Virus record (IMG/VR): IMGVR_UViG_3300032286_001304
Span: 1 to 64,000 of that record
Reading direction: 5' to 3' (one strand)
Source: a virus
Length of the DNA: 64,000 nucleotides
A program made the position numbers and the translations under genes. The notes beneath the pieces are model-generated. The model was given only the letters and a program-made list of their open reading frames with translations, had not been told where the DNA came from and did no database searches. This document shows positions 6,772 to 16,666 of the stretch, piece after piece; the stretch's first letter is position 1, and the number at the start of each line of letters is the position of its first letter.

Positions 6772-7038
6772 TTATTTATTGTGTTTTTCTAACAGGGAAA
6801 TTATTTTATCTTTTGGAACAAAACCAGAAATTCTTTCTACTTCAGTGTCATCTTTAATAAAAATTAGAGTCGGAACAGACTTTATATTATATTGATTTAC
6901 TAAATTTTCATTTTTATCTACGTCTATTGATTGAATTTCAACTCCAGTTTCCTTAGAAACAGAAGCTAAAATTGATTTTATAGCCCTGCAAGGGGCGCAC
7001 CATGTTCCTTCAAATTTTAAAATTTTAATCATATTCAA
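6772..7038 (-). CDS. trxA: Thioredoxin
   Basis: WCAPC active site, IDVD, SVPTLIF. Confidence 0.92.
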   Translation of the reverse strand: MNMIKILKFEGTWCAPCRAIKSILASVSKETGVEIQSIDVDKNENLVNQYNIKSVPTLIFIKDDTEVERISGFVPKDKIISLLEKHNK

Positions 7039-7063
7039 ATATTTATATATAAAAATTTATTTA

Positions 7064-7684
7064 TTAAATTTCTTTTGTCATTGCTGTATCTTGAGCATTT
7101 TTCTTTGATGTTTCTGCGTGCCAAAGTTGTGGACTCATAACTTTATAATCTAATGGTAAATTAGGTTTAACCCATGAATCATCTTTCCATACTATTCTAT
7201 TATTAGGTTGCGCTGCGATTTGTCCAGAACCATCTGTTAATAATAAAACGTGATAACATTTATGTTCTGGTGGATAATTACTGTAACCATTATCTGTATG
7301 ATCTAAAGTAAACCAATACATTGCAGGAACCATACTTCCATCTCTTTTCCTAAACTCACACATCATTTCTCTTAAATATTCATAACGAGTTACTGAAAAA
7401 TCCCAACCGTGACAATCCCACATCTGTAACTCATTTAATTCATGAACAGGCGCATTATCACTAGGCAAAGAATGCCTCAACATATGAAGAGGAATTCTTG
7501 CCCATTGTGCGCCAGACTCGCACATAATAGAAAAATGAAGTGCTCTTGATGGAATTGATGTTACTCCAAAAATAACAGCTTTATCAAATTTTAATGCTTC
7601 GTTTTTATCAAGTCCACGCAATATAGAGCGGTCAACGTAACCATACAAATGATGAACTGAGGCATTATGACAATAATGATTCAT
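7064..7684 (-). CDS. Conserved phage hypothetical protein
   Basis: 206 aa; motifs LQMWDC, YWFTLD, EHKCYH, AAQPNNRIVW. Confidence 0.75.
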   Translation of the reverse strand: MNHYCHNASVHHLYGYVDRSILRGLDKNEALKFDKAVIFGVTSIPSRALHFSIMCESGAQWARIPLHMLRHSLPSDNAPVHELNELQMWDCHGWDFSVTRYEYLREMMCEFRKRDGSMVPAMYWFTLDHTDNGYSNYPPEHKCYHVLLLTDGSGQIAAQPNNRIVWKDDSWVKPNLPLDYKVMSPQLWHAETSKKNAQDTAMTKEI

Positions 7685-7691
7685 GATTTAA

Positions 7692-8675
7692 TTATAAAAT
7701 TACCCAGCCATTTCCTTTATTTATGCGGAAATATTGACGAGTAACTTTTTGGTCTGGAGTAATTTTCTGAAATCCATTATCAATAACTTGCCCATTTCTA
7801 TAAGCTAAATATGCTGAATTTGCGCCTATAACTTTAGAACTCTTAATAGAAGTATTTTGGTTTGTCAATAAAACTTCATCTTTTTCATCTTCTTCATTAA
7901 CGTATTCATTAAAGATTTCCTCCGTTATCGCACTACTAGGAGCGTAATTAGAGGTAAATTTCTGACTATCATTACTCTTTTCCCCTAGCGTAGCAATGAC
8001 TTCATAACGGCAAACTCGCATCTTTGCATAATTAGCCTCAAAAGGAATAGAAACAACATCTCTTGGGTTAATTTTACAAAGAATAGTAATCCCTTTATTT
8101 CCAAAAGAACTTACGAAATCTTCAGAACCAACGTGCAAGCCGCGCCCACATCCGTTTTCTGGATTTGGGTCTAATAGAGCACGGTCTTCTTCTACAATCC
8201 TGCCAACGGAATTATCAAAAGAGCCAGTATGTAAATCCTTGAATTCATTGGAAACTTTTTTCTGAGCAATAAAATCTCCATCTTCACAAATTGGTAGTTT
8301 GTAAATATTTAAATAATTATAAAGTTGTTCGATTGACCTTTTCTCTGGATTTGTCATTAGTTTTTCCAAGAAACGAACAAGAGGTTCAAATGGAAAACCT
8401 TCTTTTGCAAACTCCAAAATACGGTCTGAAACACTATTATGAACAATCTTACCATCATAATAAATTTCATTTTGGAATACTTTGATTTTACCAGAACTAA
8501 ATAATGCGATTGCGCTTGGCAAAGATACTACTTGCTCTACAATATCCCATGCCTTATTTTTGATTGCCTCCTTTAATTTAATAAAACGAGAATCATTAGA
8601 AAGGATTGTATGAGGTTTGTTCTTGATTATTATAGTGATAAAATCAGAACTAATTAATGTAGCGGGCGTGTTCAT
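7692..8675 (-). CDS. rIIB: rIIB-like protein
   Basis: LPICEDGDFIAQKKV...FDNSVG...CGRGLHVG...INPRDVVSIP...KMRVCRYEV; adjacent to rIIA. Confidence 0.9.
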   Translation of the reverse strand: MNTPATLISSDFITIIIKNKPHTILSNDSRFIKLKEAIKNKAWDIVEQVVSLPSAIALFSSGKIKVFQNEIYYDGKIVHNSVSDRILEFAKEGFPFEPLVRFLEKLMTNPEKRSIEQLYNYLNIYKLPICEDGDFIAQKKVSNEFKDLHTGSFDNSVGRIVEEDRALLDPNPENGCGRGLHVGSEDFVSSFGNKGITILCKINPRDVVSIPFEANYAKMRVCRYEVIATLGEKSNDSQKFTSNYAPSSAITEEIFNEYVNEEDEKDEVLLTNQNTSIKSSKVIGANSAYLAYRNGQVIDNGFQKITPDQKVTRQYFRINKGNGWVIL

Positions 8676-8692
8676 TTCTACTGTGTTTTTTT

Positions 8693-10873
8693 TTAGTTTT
8701 TAGTGCTAGATAATAGGTTAATGTAATCCTTAACTGGCTTTTCGTGCCAGCTATAATACGGAACATACTGCATTACAGGGTAGGAGTCAAGGAATTTCTC
8801 ACATAATTTCTCAATTTCTTTTTTATTTTCAAAAATAATTTTTTTGATATTATTATCTGGTTTAATATTGCTGTATAAATGGAAGTTATTTTTAGTTAAA
8901 TAACATTTTCGTGTGTCATCTGTAACTAAAAATTTAATTTTATTAATGATTTCACAATTATAATCTAGTTTGATTATGCTTCGGACTCTCTCTCCAGTAA
9001 TATAATCAAAGCCATATGAAAATGACAAAATAGCATCTATCTTTGCATCTTTAAATCTTTCATCATAAATCTTTGTTAGATGGTCTTTAATATTAATCCA
9101 GCCGTTTTTGATTAACTTCGGTATTGAACGCTCTGTAAAACAATAGATTACAGGATGTTCAGAGAATTCTGAATCTACTGCCTTTAACTCATTATGAATA
9201 AACTCAAGACTATAATCGAATGTTTGATATTCGATACCGTCACGTAATATATAATATCCAGCTTCAGATGAATCAAAATCTACATTAAAAAGTTCTGTTT
9301 CTAAATATTTATTTTTTAACGATAAAATCTTATCACCAACTTCATCTTCATCTAAAAAGTTTTCTGGATCAAAAACGTGTGCATTATATCCAATTAAGGA
9401 AGTAGCACCTGTTGAATTTTTTGAGTTTTTTGTTTTTGGCGGAAGTTCAATATCGTCAATGTTCTTGAAAAGATTAAAATCAATACCCTTTTCATTACAA
9501 AATTCGTTAAATTGCTCTAAATCATTTGGTTCAGTCAATTTTAAACATAAACATTCCTTATCTATCATGTTATTCTTTTCAAAATAAAAACGGAAAATTT
9601 TACGAATTTTGCCTACACCTTTTGTTTTTAGAGTATAGAATAATCTTTGTGGCGCATTTTTCTTTAATTGCTCATTAGCAATTGAGATAAAATCAACCAT
9701 ATCACCATTTGTAGATTGATTTAATCCAGCTTTTACGGTTAGTTTATATTGATTATTCCTGATTTGATATGCGAAGAAATGTGGGAAATTAATTTTGATA
9801 GCAACTGAATCAATTTCTTTGTTATTGAAATTAATCTTTACAGTATCCTTGATAATATCTTTGAAGATATTCAATTCTCCAGATTCATTAAAAATTTCAT
9901 GATAGAATACGCGAGCATCCCATTCAGTATTGATTGATTCAAGCCGCTTGTTAATACGTTCCTTGATTTCATTCTCAATTTCTTTAAGTTTTGTCTTAAT
10001 GAATGAGATTGTTTTAGGAGTATATTCTACTGTTTCGCGGGAAGGAGGAATATTTACTTGCCCAAGTTCAGCAAATAAATATACGCCTTTATTCAACATT
10101 TTTACTTGAAGTGAATTTGTATTAGAAACAAGATTAGGGTCAATTAAATATTGAATCCCTCCCATAATTATCTTGCTGCGGCGAGAACTATAATTACTAA
10201 ACTTTGGAAATCCCCATTTCCCTTCTGATTCAATATAATATTCCGTTTCGTCAAATTTAAAATCATTAGCTCCATGAACATTTGGCTTTACGTTCCAAAA
10301 TTGAGCAATATCATGAATTCTAGCAACAAAAATATGCGAATCAGCAATATTAACAGGAATGATAATCTCCATTCCACTTTCTTCTGTGGATTCTTCTCTT
10401 ACAAGCAATGCCATCTTTCCAACGCCATCCTCTGAAGAATAGGCATTGTAAATGTATTTTTCTCCTTTGTAATATGAAATTACTTGGAAAGAAGGAGTGT
10501 AAGCAAATCCACTCTTCGCGCCGATGCCAAAATACCCAACGGCATTCTTATCATCGCGCTTTAGGGACTTTGAATATGAAACATAAATCTCGAAAATATC
10601 TTCTTTAGACAAACCAGTTCCATAATCACGAACACGAAATTCTAGGTTTTCTAATGTAGGCGCATAAACATCAATTGGTCTGGAAGTATTTCCATTTAAT
10701 AAATGAGCATCGCGTCCATTGCACATATATTCACGGCAAACGGCTCCGATTTTATCGGTGTAAATTTGATTACGCAGAATATTAAAGATATTCTCGTTAA
10801 TTTCAAGTTTGAAAGAAGTTTCTTCAAACTGCTGACTACGTTCAATAGTTTTTTGTGTGGTTTCAACAATCAT
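8693..10873 (-). CDS. rIIA: rIIA-like protein with N-terminal GHKL ATPase
   Basis: IYTDKIGAVCREYMCNGRDAH, VRDYGTGL, GYFGIGAKS, PPSRE. Confidence 0.92.
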   Translation of the reverse strand: MIVETTQKTIERSQQFEETSFKLEINENIFNILRNQIYTDKIGAVCREYMCNGRDAHLLNGNTSRPIDVYAPTLENLEFRVRDYGTGLSKEDIFEIYVSYSKSLKRDDKNAVGYFGIGAKSGFAYTPSFQVISYYKGEKYIYNAYSSEDGVGKMALLVREESTEESGMEIIIPVNIADSHIFVARIHDIAQFWNVKPNVHGANDFKFDETEYYIESEGKWGFPKFSNYSSRRSKIIMGGIQYLIDPNLVSNTNSLQVKMLNKGVYLFAELGQVNIPPSRETVEYTPKTISFIKTKLKEIENEIKERINKRLESINTEWDARVFYHEIFNESGELNIFKDIIKDTVKINFNNKEIDSVAIKINFPHFFAYQIRNNQYKLTVKAGLNQSTNGDMVDFISIANEQLKKNAPQRLFYTLKTKGVGKIRKIFRFYFEKNNMIDKECLCLKLTEPNDLEQFNEFCNEKGIDFNLFKNIDDIELPPKTKNSKNSTGATSLIGYNAHVFDPENFLDEDEVGDKILSLKNKYLETELFNVDFDSSEAGYYILRDGIEYQTFDYSLEFIHNELKAVDSEFSEHPVIYCFTERSIPKLIKNGWINIKDHLTKIYDERFKDAKIDAILSFSYGFDYITGERVRSIIKLDYNCEIINKIKFLVTDDTRKCYLTKNNFHLYSNIKPDNNIKKIIFENKKEIEKLCEKFLDSYPVMQYVPYYSWHEKPVKDYINLLSSTKN

Positions 10874-10893
10874 GGTAGTTGTGTTACTCGTCT

Positions 10894-10921
10894 AACCTAG
10901 CATAGCTGCACCGAAAGTCAA
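10894..10921 (-). promoter_or_regulatory. Sigma70-like promoter for rIIA/B
   Basis: TTGACT-16-TAGGTT after a T/A tract. Confidence 0.6.
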
Positions 10922-10936
10922 GTGATTTTAAAAAAA

Positions 10937-11425
10937 TTATTCTGTTATTTTTTCTTGTTCTGGAGTGAAAATTGTTCCTAAAGAATATTCTTCTGCATAA
11001 TGTTGATTTACAGAATATGTAAAATCTTGATTTCCACATTTTTGTAGAAATAATTCTACTTTTTCTGCGGCCAACTCATTTAGTTTATCTTCATCCCATT
11101 CAACTTTAACTTCAACAACATCTCCTAGTTCATCTTTAACATGTGAACAAATGTAATTGATATTTTCATTTTTTGCTTTAACTATTTCACCACGAAAACA
11201 ATTAAGCAAAGCAGATTTTAACCTGCTCATTGGCGTTAAAACATAATAATGATTATCGCTTAATTCAAAATAATCTTTAGAAACGCCATATCCTAAGCAA
11301 AAGTTTAGCATTCTATCCAGAGCTTCTTTTGGCCCGCGAAAAAATAAATTATAATAATTATTTCCAGATAAAGTTAAATTAAATTCCAGTGGCTCTTCTA
11401 ACAGGGGTGTGTATGTTTCTGACAT
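10937..11425 (-). CDS. Hypothetical protein
   Basis: 162 aa ORF. Confidence 0.75.
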   Translation of the reverse strand: MSETYTPLLEEPLEFNLTLSGNNYYNLFFRGPKEALDRMLNFCLGYGVSKDYFELSDNHYYVLTPMSRLKSALLNCFRGEIVKAKNENINYICSHVKDELGDVVEVKVEWDEDKLNELAAEKVELFLQKCGNQDFTYSVNQHYAEEYSLGTIFTPEQEKITE

Positions 11426-11448
11426 GTGGTTTTTTAATTTTTGTTGTT

Positions 11449-11667
11449 TTATTGTTTGTTAATAAAATTGTTTATTTTATCGTTTAAATTTTTAGTCTCC
11501 TCTTGACTAGGAGAGTGTTTCAGATGGAAGTCGTTCATGCAAGCAAATTCTTCTCCTTTATAGAAAATATTTATGTCAATTCGCCCATTTGAGGGGTCTT
11601 GCAATAAAGTTCCTTGAAATAATTCTTCGCGAAAATTAAAACCAAAACTTCTATTTAGTGTTTTCAC
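11449..11667 (-). CDS. Hypothetical protein
   Basis: 72 aa ORF, GTG start. Confidence 0.6.
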   Translation of the reverse strand: MKTLNRSFGFNFREELFQGTLLQDPSNGRIDINIFYKGEEFACMNDFHLKHSPSQEETKNLNDKINNFINKQ

Positions 11668-11682
11668 TATTTATTTATTTTT

Positions 11683-12063
11683 TTACAATAAACCTTGTCT
11701 TTTGAGTTCTAATACTGCTTTTGCAGTTGCCAATTTAATTCCAACACTTTTATTAAAATGGTCTGAGCTATGGCAACGAGCTTCTGAAATAACATTTACT
11801 TTAGACTTTGTAATTTTAACAGTTGTATATCCGCCGCAAGCACAAACTTCTTTCTGAAGATTTAAACGACGGATTTCATAAACAGGCATGGATACTGGAA
11901 TAAGTAATGATTGACCATTAATTTTGAAATGAGTTTTTACATTTCTAAATTGATTAGTAATAATTGAAAATCCACGTTTTTTCAAAGCATTCGTATCAAT
12001 AGTTTCTCCATTGATAATTGGCCAATCTATATCATTTGCATTTAACTGTGTGTTTTTATTCAT
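11683..12063 (-). CDS. Hypothetical protein with CxxxDxFxxxxGxxxA motif
   Basis: ARCHSSDHFNKSVGIKLA. Confidence 0.7.
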   Translation of the reverse strand: MNKNTQLNANDIDWPIINGETIDTNALKKRGFSIITNQFRNVKTHFKINGQSLLIPVSMPVYEIRRLNLQKEVCACGGYTTVKITKSKVNVISEARCHSSDHFNKSVGIKLATAKAVLELKRQGLL

Positions 12064-12131
12064 ATTTTTTGTATTTTTATTTTACTGCTATTGATTTTTG
12101 CGTTTACACTCTATACTAAGATTTTTAAAAG

Positions 12132-12332
12132 TCAATGAATTTTTGAAAAAAAATTAATATTTAATTCAAAAAATTCTTTTTGATAATTTATTATAAATAA
12201 ATTTGAGTCAAAAATATCTTCTGCTAATGCTATACCATTTAAAATTTGACCCTCTTGGAAATAAAATTTTTTTACTTTTCCATTCCAAGAGGTATGCAAA
12301 ATTTTTACATCTTTTAAGATTTTTATTTTCAA
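12132..12332 (-). CDS. Hypothetical protein
   Basis: 66 aa ORF. Confidence 0.55.
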   Translation of the reverse strand: MKIKILKDVKILHTSWNGKVKKFYFQEGQILNGIALAEDIFDSNLFIINYQKEFFELNINFFSKIH

Positions 12333-12605
12333 TTACTTATAATTAGTAATTAAAACTTCATTTCCTAGACCTTCTCCATAATCAGCAAATAATTCACCGC
12401 CGAAACGATTAATATTATTTAGAGCCTGTGCTAAAATTGGAGTCATTTTAGGAATTTTCTCCAATGAAGAATGATAACCTGTTTCGATTTGAATGCGTGT
12501 TCCATCTTCTTCTGTTACCCATTGACGAACAATCCACCTAAGCGGACGATGTTCACGAACAGATGAAATATTTTTGGGATTATATGTTTTATTTGTTTTT
12601 TCCAT
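12333..12605 (-). CDS. Hypothetical protein
   Basis: 90 aa ORF. Confidence 0.7.
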   Translation of the reverse strand: MEKTNKTYNPKNISSVREHRPLRWIVRQWVTEEDGTRIQIETGYHSSLEKIPKMTPILAQALNNINRFGGELFADYGEGLGNEVLITNYK

Positions 12606-12607
12606 AA

Positions 12608-12856
12608 TTAAAAGTTATTTTCTTGAATAATTGATTTATAGTTTTCTACTTCATTCTCACATGATTTATTAAACCAAATTGCTAAATTATGGTTTGATAT
12701 TTGTTTGTTTCCATAGAATGAGTAAACGAGTTTGCTTTTAGAAGATTTTTTATATATTGATAAATATTTTGCATAAATATTTTCTATATCATTTATTACA
12801 TTTTCTAATGAATTATAACCAGTTTTAATAGTTAATGTTTGATTTAATTCGTTCAT
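12608..12856 (-). CDS. Hypothetical protein
   Basis: 82 aa ORF, ATGA-coupled. Confidence 0.65.
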   Translation of the reverse strand: MNELNQTLTIKTGYNSLENVINDIENIYAKYLSIYKKSSKSKLVYSFYGNKQISNHNLAIWFNKSCENEVENYKSIIQENNF

Positions 12857-13347
12857 TCTTTGATTGTTTTATATTTTATACCTTGGTATTCGATTATTAA
12901 CGGATTAGTTAGAATAATTTTCGCGTTATTCTTTCTTCCCTTTAACTTAGTATTTTCGCGTTCTAAGTCAAGTGTTTTTTCGTTCCATTTTTTTATATTT
13001 TCTTTATATATTTCTATTTGTTTTTCATTTGATTCGTTACGTTCAAACAATTCCTTGAATGTATCGCTTTTATTATCTCTTAGTCCAGCAAAATATTCTT
13101 CTATTACTTGATTTCTTTTCTCTAATTCTGAGATATGATTTTTTAGATCTTCGACTTCCGATTCCAGTTCTTTTATCGTTTTTTCATTTATCTTAATGTC
13201 TTCGTTCAAATCTTTTGCGATTGATTCCCACTTACCTCCGGTAAATGAAATATCATATCCATTAAAACATACTTCATTTACATCAACTTCTGTAAATTTA
13301 TTTGTGGATAAATTCGATATTTCTTCCAAGAAATGTTTAAGTAGCAT
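12853..13347 (-). CDS. Coiled-coil hypothetical protein
   Basis: Heptad-rich E/K segments. Confidence 0.7.
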   Translation of the reverse strand: MLLKHFLEEISNLSTNKFTEVDVNEVCFNGYDISFTGGKWESIAKDLNEDIKINEKTIKELESEVEDLKNHISELEKRNQVIEEYFAGLRDNKSDTFKELFERNESNEKQIEIYKENIKKWNEKTLDLERENTKLKGRKNNAKIILTNPLIIEYQGIKYKTIKE

Positions 13348-13357
13348 TTTATTAAAA

Positions 13358-13912
13358 TTAAGCCCAAAGTTTATCTCTGTTTATTACCAACCAAGTAAGC
13401 CATTTAGTATCAGTTTCGTTAATCAGTTTTTCTAAACGATCTACCTCGCCATATTCCTCTTCATAGGTCTTTTTGCTAGGAATATATTCATAGTTTCCGT
13501 TATCTAATTTTTTGAACAGTTTTCTTTCAGGTGTAATTTCTGGATATGCTGCCCACATTTGTTTATCTAATTGTGCTCTTTCTGTTTTTGCCCAGTTGTA
13601 ACATTCGATCATTTCTAAGCGAAATTTTTTACCATCTTCATCTATGTCCCAATCAATTATTGTCAATGCCTTTTCTTCTTCAATAAAATCTATGATGCAA
13701 TTAAATAGAACTTGTGGAATAATGCTTGTTTTATCCATCCAGCTATTTTTGATATTTTTCATTAACCATTTTTGGCGCGGAAATAAAAAATCATGAATTT
13801 TATAATAATTATGTTTGATATTAAATTTCCAAAAAATACAGATTGGACTTTCATAACAAAGCCAATAATCAAGGTTATTTATAAGCGATTTTATTTTTTT
13901 AAAAATTTTCAT
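13358..13912 (-). CDS. Conserved phage hypothetical protein
   Basis: 184 aa; WMDK, FIEEEK and C-terminal RDKLW motifs. Confidence 0.75.
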   Translation of the reverse strand: MKIFKKIKSLINNLDYWLCYESPICIFWKFNIKHNYYKIHDFLFPRQKWLMKNIKNSWMDKTSIIPQVLFNCIIDFIEEEKALTIIDWDIDEDGKKFRLEMIECYNWAKTERAQLDKQMWAAYPEITPERKLFKKLDNGNYEYIPSKKTYEEEYGEVDRLEKLINETDTKWLTWLVINRDKLWA

Positions 13913-13922
13913 AAAATTAATA

Positions 13923-14081
13923 TTAAAATAATCTGAATAATAGAATAATAGATAATCCTATTGTTAATCCTGATAATGGATATACAATTAAAATATCATA
14001 TTTTAACGCATCTAAAGCTAAAGAAAGCCCAATAAATGTTGTTACTAACAAAAAATGTAGCCATAATGGAAAATATTTCAT
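13923..14081 (-). CDS. Small two-helix membrane protein (52 aa, below ORF-track cutoff)
   Basis: MKYFPLWLHFLLVTTFIGLSLAL...LSGLTIGLSIILLFRLF. Confidence 0.55.
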   Translation of the reverse strand: MKYFPLWLHFLLVTTFIGLSLALDALKYDILIVYPLSGLTIGLSIILLFRLF

Positions 14082-14125
14082 GATTTTATTGATTATTATC
14101 TTATCTTATATTATTTTATATTATA

Positions 14126-14668
14126 TTATCTATATTCCTTTTTTAAGAGTCTCCATCTGTTGCTATCAACTTCTTTGTCCCCACGATCTATACTGTTAAT
14201 GATTTCCACCACTTTGTCAAGCGAATCGTGAAAATATTTATGCGGTATCGTGCCGAATAGCCATAAAGGTAATGTTTTGATTCCTTGATTTGCAATAACA
14301 AAGATAGGACGTTTGATTGAATTAGCGTGAAATAATTCTTCCCAACTGCCACAGGTAGGTTTATTTACATCATAAAAGAAAATAATCGCATCGGATTTAT
14401 CGACCATAGATAAATCATAAGAACGAATTTCTTTCATATGTTTTGCTAGTTTTTCATAATTACCATCTTCGCGCCATTTTTTTAGTTTAGTTTGGTATTC
14501 ACCCGATTCTTGAATATCTTTTACGAAAACTTTATTAACTGGGTCAAACCATTTAATTCCAACGTGCTTTAATTTTTCTTTTAATTCGTTACGCCAGCCA
14601 GCTCCACAATCTTTTTCGCATTCCATCGGGCCTACTTGATAAATGCGAATGCCTTTTAATAAATTCAT
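14126..14668 (-). CDS. Nucleoside 2-deoxyribosyltransferase-like protein
   Basis: IYQVGPM...WR...FDP...DLSMVDKSD...GSWEE. Confidence 0.75.
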   Translation of the reverse strand: MNLLKGIRIYQVGPMECEKDCGAGWRNELKEKLKHVGIKWFDPVNKVFVKDIQESGEYQTKLKKWREDGNYEKLAKHMKEIRSYDLSMVDKSDAIIFFYDVNKPTCGSWEELFHANSIKRPIFVIANQGIKTLPLWLFGTIPHKYFHDSLDKVVEIINSIDRGDKEVDSNRWRLLKKEYR

Positions 14669-14677
14669 ATTGTTTAT

Positions 14678-15232
14678 TTAAATTAAATATTTTTTGTAAA
14701 CTTCTTCTACGATTGGTTGAAGAGCAACTAAATCAGGTGTTGTCTCCCAAGTCAAGGTGTAATTCGACATTTTTTCAAGCTCTGGAATATGTTTAGTTTC
14801 TTCTTCGGTTGGTTCTGGCCCACCGACACGAACAATATTCAATAAGAAAAATTGATTTCCATATTTATTTTTAAGATAATCTGCTTCATTTTTAAATCTA
14901 ACGTCGCAAATACAATGGATTAAATTATTATTTTTATCCATTTTATCCCATGTATCTATCGCATTTATAACTTCTTTTACCCAATGTAAAGGGTCAATTT
15001 CTCGCCAAGCACATCCATAAGCAATCATAATAGGGCGCAATCGTTCTTTAATATCACCATCTAATGTATGAATATCAGCATTAAATTTATCTCTAAATAA
15101 ATCAGATAAGTCACCTTTTAGCGCATTTGCAAATGCGTAATTAATTACTTGTTTAGAGGTAACTCGTTTCAAGACGTTGGCAAAAGTATCTTTTCCTGCG
15201 CGGCGTGCGCCTGTAATTCCTATGTATTTCAT
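14678..15232 (-). CDS. Deoxynucleoside monophosphate kinase
   Basis: IGITGARRAGKDT, FANALK, ICDVRFKNE. Confidence 0.85.
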   Translation of the reverse strand: MKYIGITGARRAGKDTFANVLKRVTSKQVINYAFANALKGDLSDLFRDKFNADIHTLDGDIKERLRPIMIAYGCAWREIDPLHWVKEVINAIDTWDKMDKNNNLIHCICDVRFKNEADYLKNKYGNQFFLLNIVRVGGPEPTEEETKHIPELEKMSNYTLTWETTPDLVALQPIVEEVYKKYLI

Positions 15233-15271
15233 TTTATTTATTTTAAAAATTTTTCTGAATAGTAATAATCT

Positions 15272-15499
15272 TTAAGAAAAAGCAATATGGCTTGTTTCAT
15301 TCACACGATAAACTGAAAGTCCATTCCATTTAGGGCGTGGTGGATAACTTGCCATTTGAGTTGCTAACTTTGGCATTTTTTCAATTTCTCTTAACAATAG
15401 ACTTTCTTCTCTAGTTCCAAGGTATAACGCAGAAGGTTGAGGATGTCCTTCTGTTATGTATTTATTAAATGCGTTATAAATAAGTTCGTTAATATTCAT
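15272..15499 (-). CDS. Hypothetical protein, similar to 59336-59572
   Basis: PSALYLGTREE motif. Confidence 0.65.
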   Translation of the reverse strand: MNINELIYNAFNKYITEGHPQPSALYLGTREESLLLREIEKMPKLATQMASYPPRPKWNGLSVYRVNETSHIAFS

Positions 15500-15501
15500 A
15501 T

Positions 15502-15720
15502 TTATTTTAAATTTTCCACTATTGATAGAATTTTTAATAAATTGCTATCTTCAGCAACATGCAAAAATCCACGGCAATGACGAGGTTCTTTATTTAAAAT
15601 CCATTTACAGTCAATACCATTTTCAGTTTCTACCTCTATGTGCCAAATTCCTCCTTCATATTCTCCAGAAAGAATAACTTGATTTGCTTTTGTATTAAAA
15701 TAACAATCAGCAATTTTCAT
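15502..15720 (-). CDS. Hypothetical protein
   Basis: 72 aa ORF. Confidence 0.6.
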   Translation of the reverse strand: MKIADCYFNTKANQVILSGEYEGGIWHIEVETENGIDCKWILNKEPRHCRGFLHVAEDSNLLKILSIVENLK

Positions 15721-15733
15721 ATTGTATAATACT

Positions 15734-16069
15734 TTAATCTAAAATAGAAAAATCCGTATCACAACAAATTTCTCCTGCTCTCAATAAATCAAATTTAAAT
15801 AGAACTTTTTCAACTTCTCCAATTGCCTTGAATCCATTCTTAGTCTTTACAAACAAATGCTTTTTTGCAAGTTCATCTGTTAAAAAATTCAAAATCAATG
15901 GATTTAATGTAATGAAATCAACATCTATTTCTATTAGATGCTTTATCCATCCATCAATAATTTTTTCAAAATAGTTTTTAGAGTCTTCGTTAAAACTATT
16001 AAAATAGCTGAAAAAATCGCAATCATTTAAACAGATGCTATCAGGCGCATGAAGCCAATAAATTTTCAT
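15734..16069 (-). CDS. Hypothetical protein
   Basis: 111 aa ORF, ATGA-coupled. Confidence 0.7.
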   Translation of the reverse strand: MKIYWLHAPDSICLNDCDFFSYFNSFNEDSKNYFEKIIDGWIKHLIEIDVDFITLNPLILNFLTDELAKKHLFVKTKNGFKAIGEVEKVLFKFDLLRAGEICCDTDFSILD

Positions 16070-16665
16070 ATTTTTTTAAATTCTATTCCTTTGTGAGCTA
16101 GTATTGCATATTTACTTTGGTTCCTTACATCACCAACTTGCCATATCACGCAGTCGGTGTCAACAAAATTATGAACACATTGCTTATGGGTATGCCCGCC
16201 AATTACTGCATAATAATCATCAATTTCTGGAAAATCTTCTTGAAAATCTCTTTCGGTATATTCGTTCGGATTTATAAAGTCCCACAAAGATTTAGGTTTT
16301 GAATGTAATAAGAGATATTTTTTACCATTAAATAATAATTTATAATATATTTTAAATTTAGTGGAAACTAAATTATAAGTTTCTTGGTCTAAACCGTATT
16401 TCCACCATTCACGTATTACAACAAGATCATGATTGCCAAGGCAAAAATGCCAGTCATTAATATTTTTCTTTAGCCATTCCGCTGTTCCTTTATTATTTTC
16501 ATTTAATGTTGGAAAATTTTGTTCATTTGTAAATGAAAAAAGGTCTCCAAGAAAAAAACGAGTTTTTATTTCTGGGTATTTATTTTTTATTATATCTAAT
16601 TTGTCATATTTGCAATGACAATCAGAAGCAATAAGAATTTGTTGATTATTTACTTCAATATCCAT
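16066..16665 (-). CDS. Calcineurin-like metallophosphoesterase
   Basis: SDCH, LGD, GNHD, GHTH; start moved to MDIEVNN. Confidence 0.88.
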   Translation of the reverse strand: MDIEVNNQQILIASDCHCKYDKLDIIKNKYPEIKTRFFLGDLFSFTNEQNFPTLNENNKGTAEWLKKNINDWHFCLGNHDLVVIREWWKYGLDQETYNLVSTKFKIYYKLLFNGKKYLLLHSKPKSLWDFINPNEYTERDFQEDFPEIDDYYAVIGGHTHKQCVHNFVDTDCVIWQVGDVRNQSKYAILAHKGIEFKKI

Positions 16666-16666
16666 A

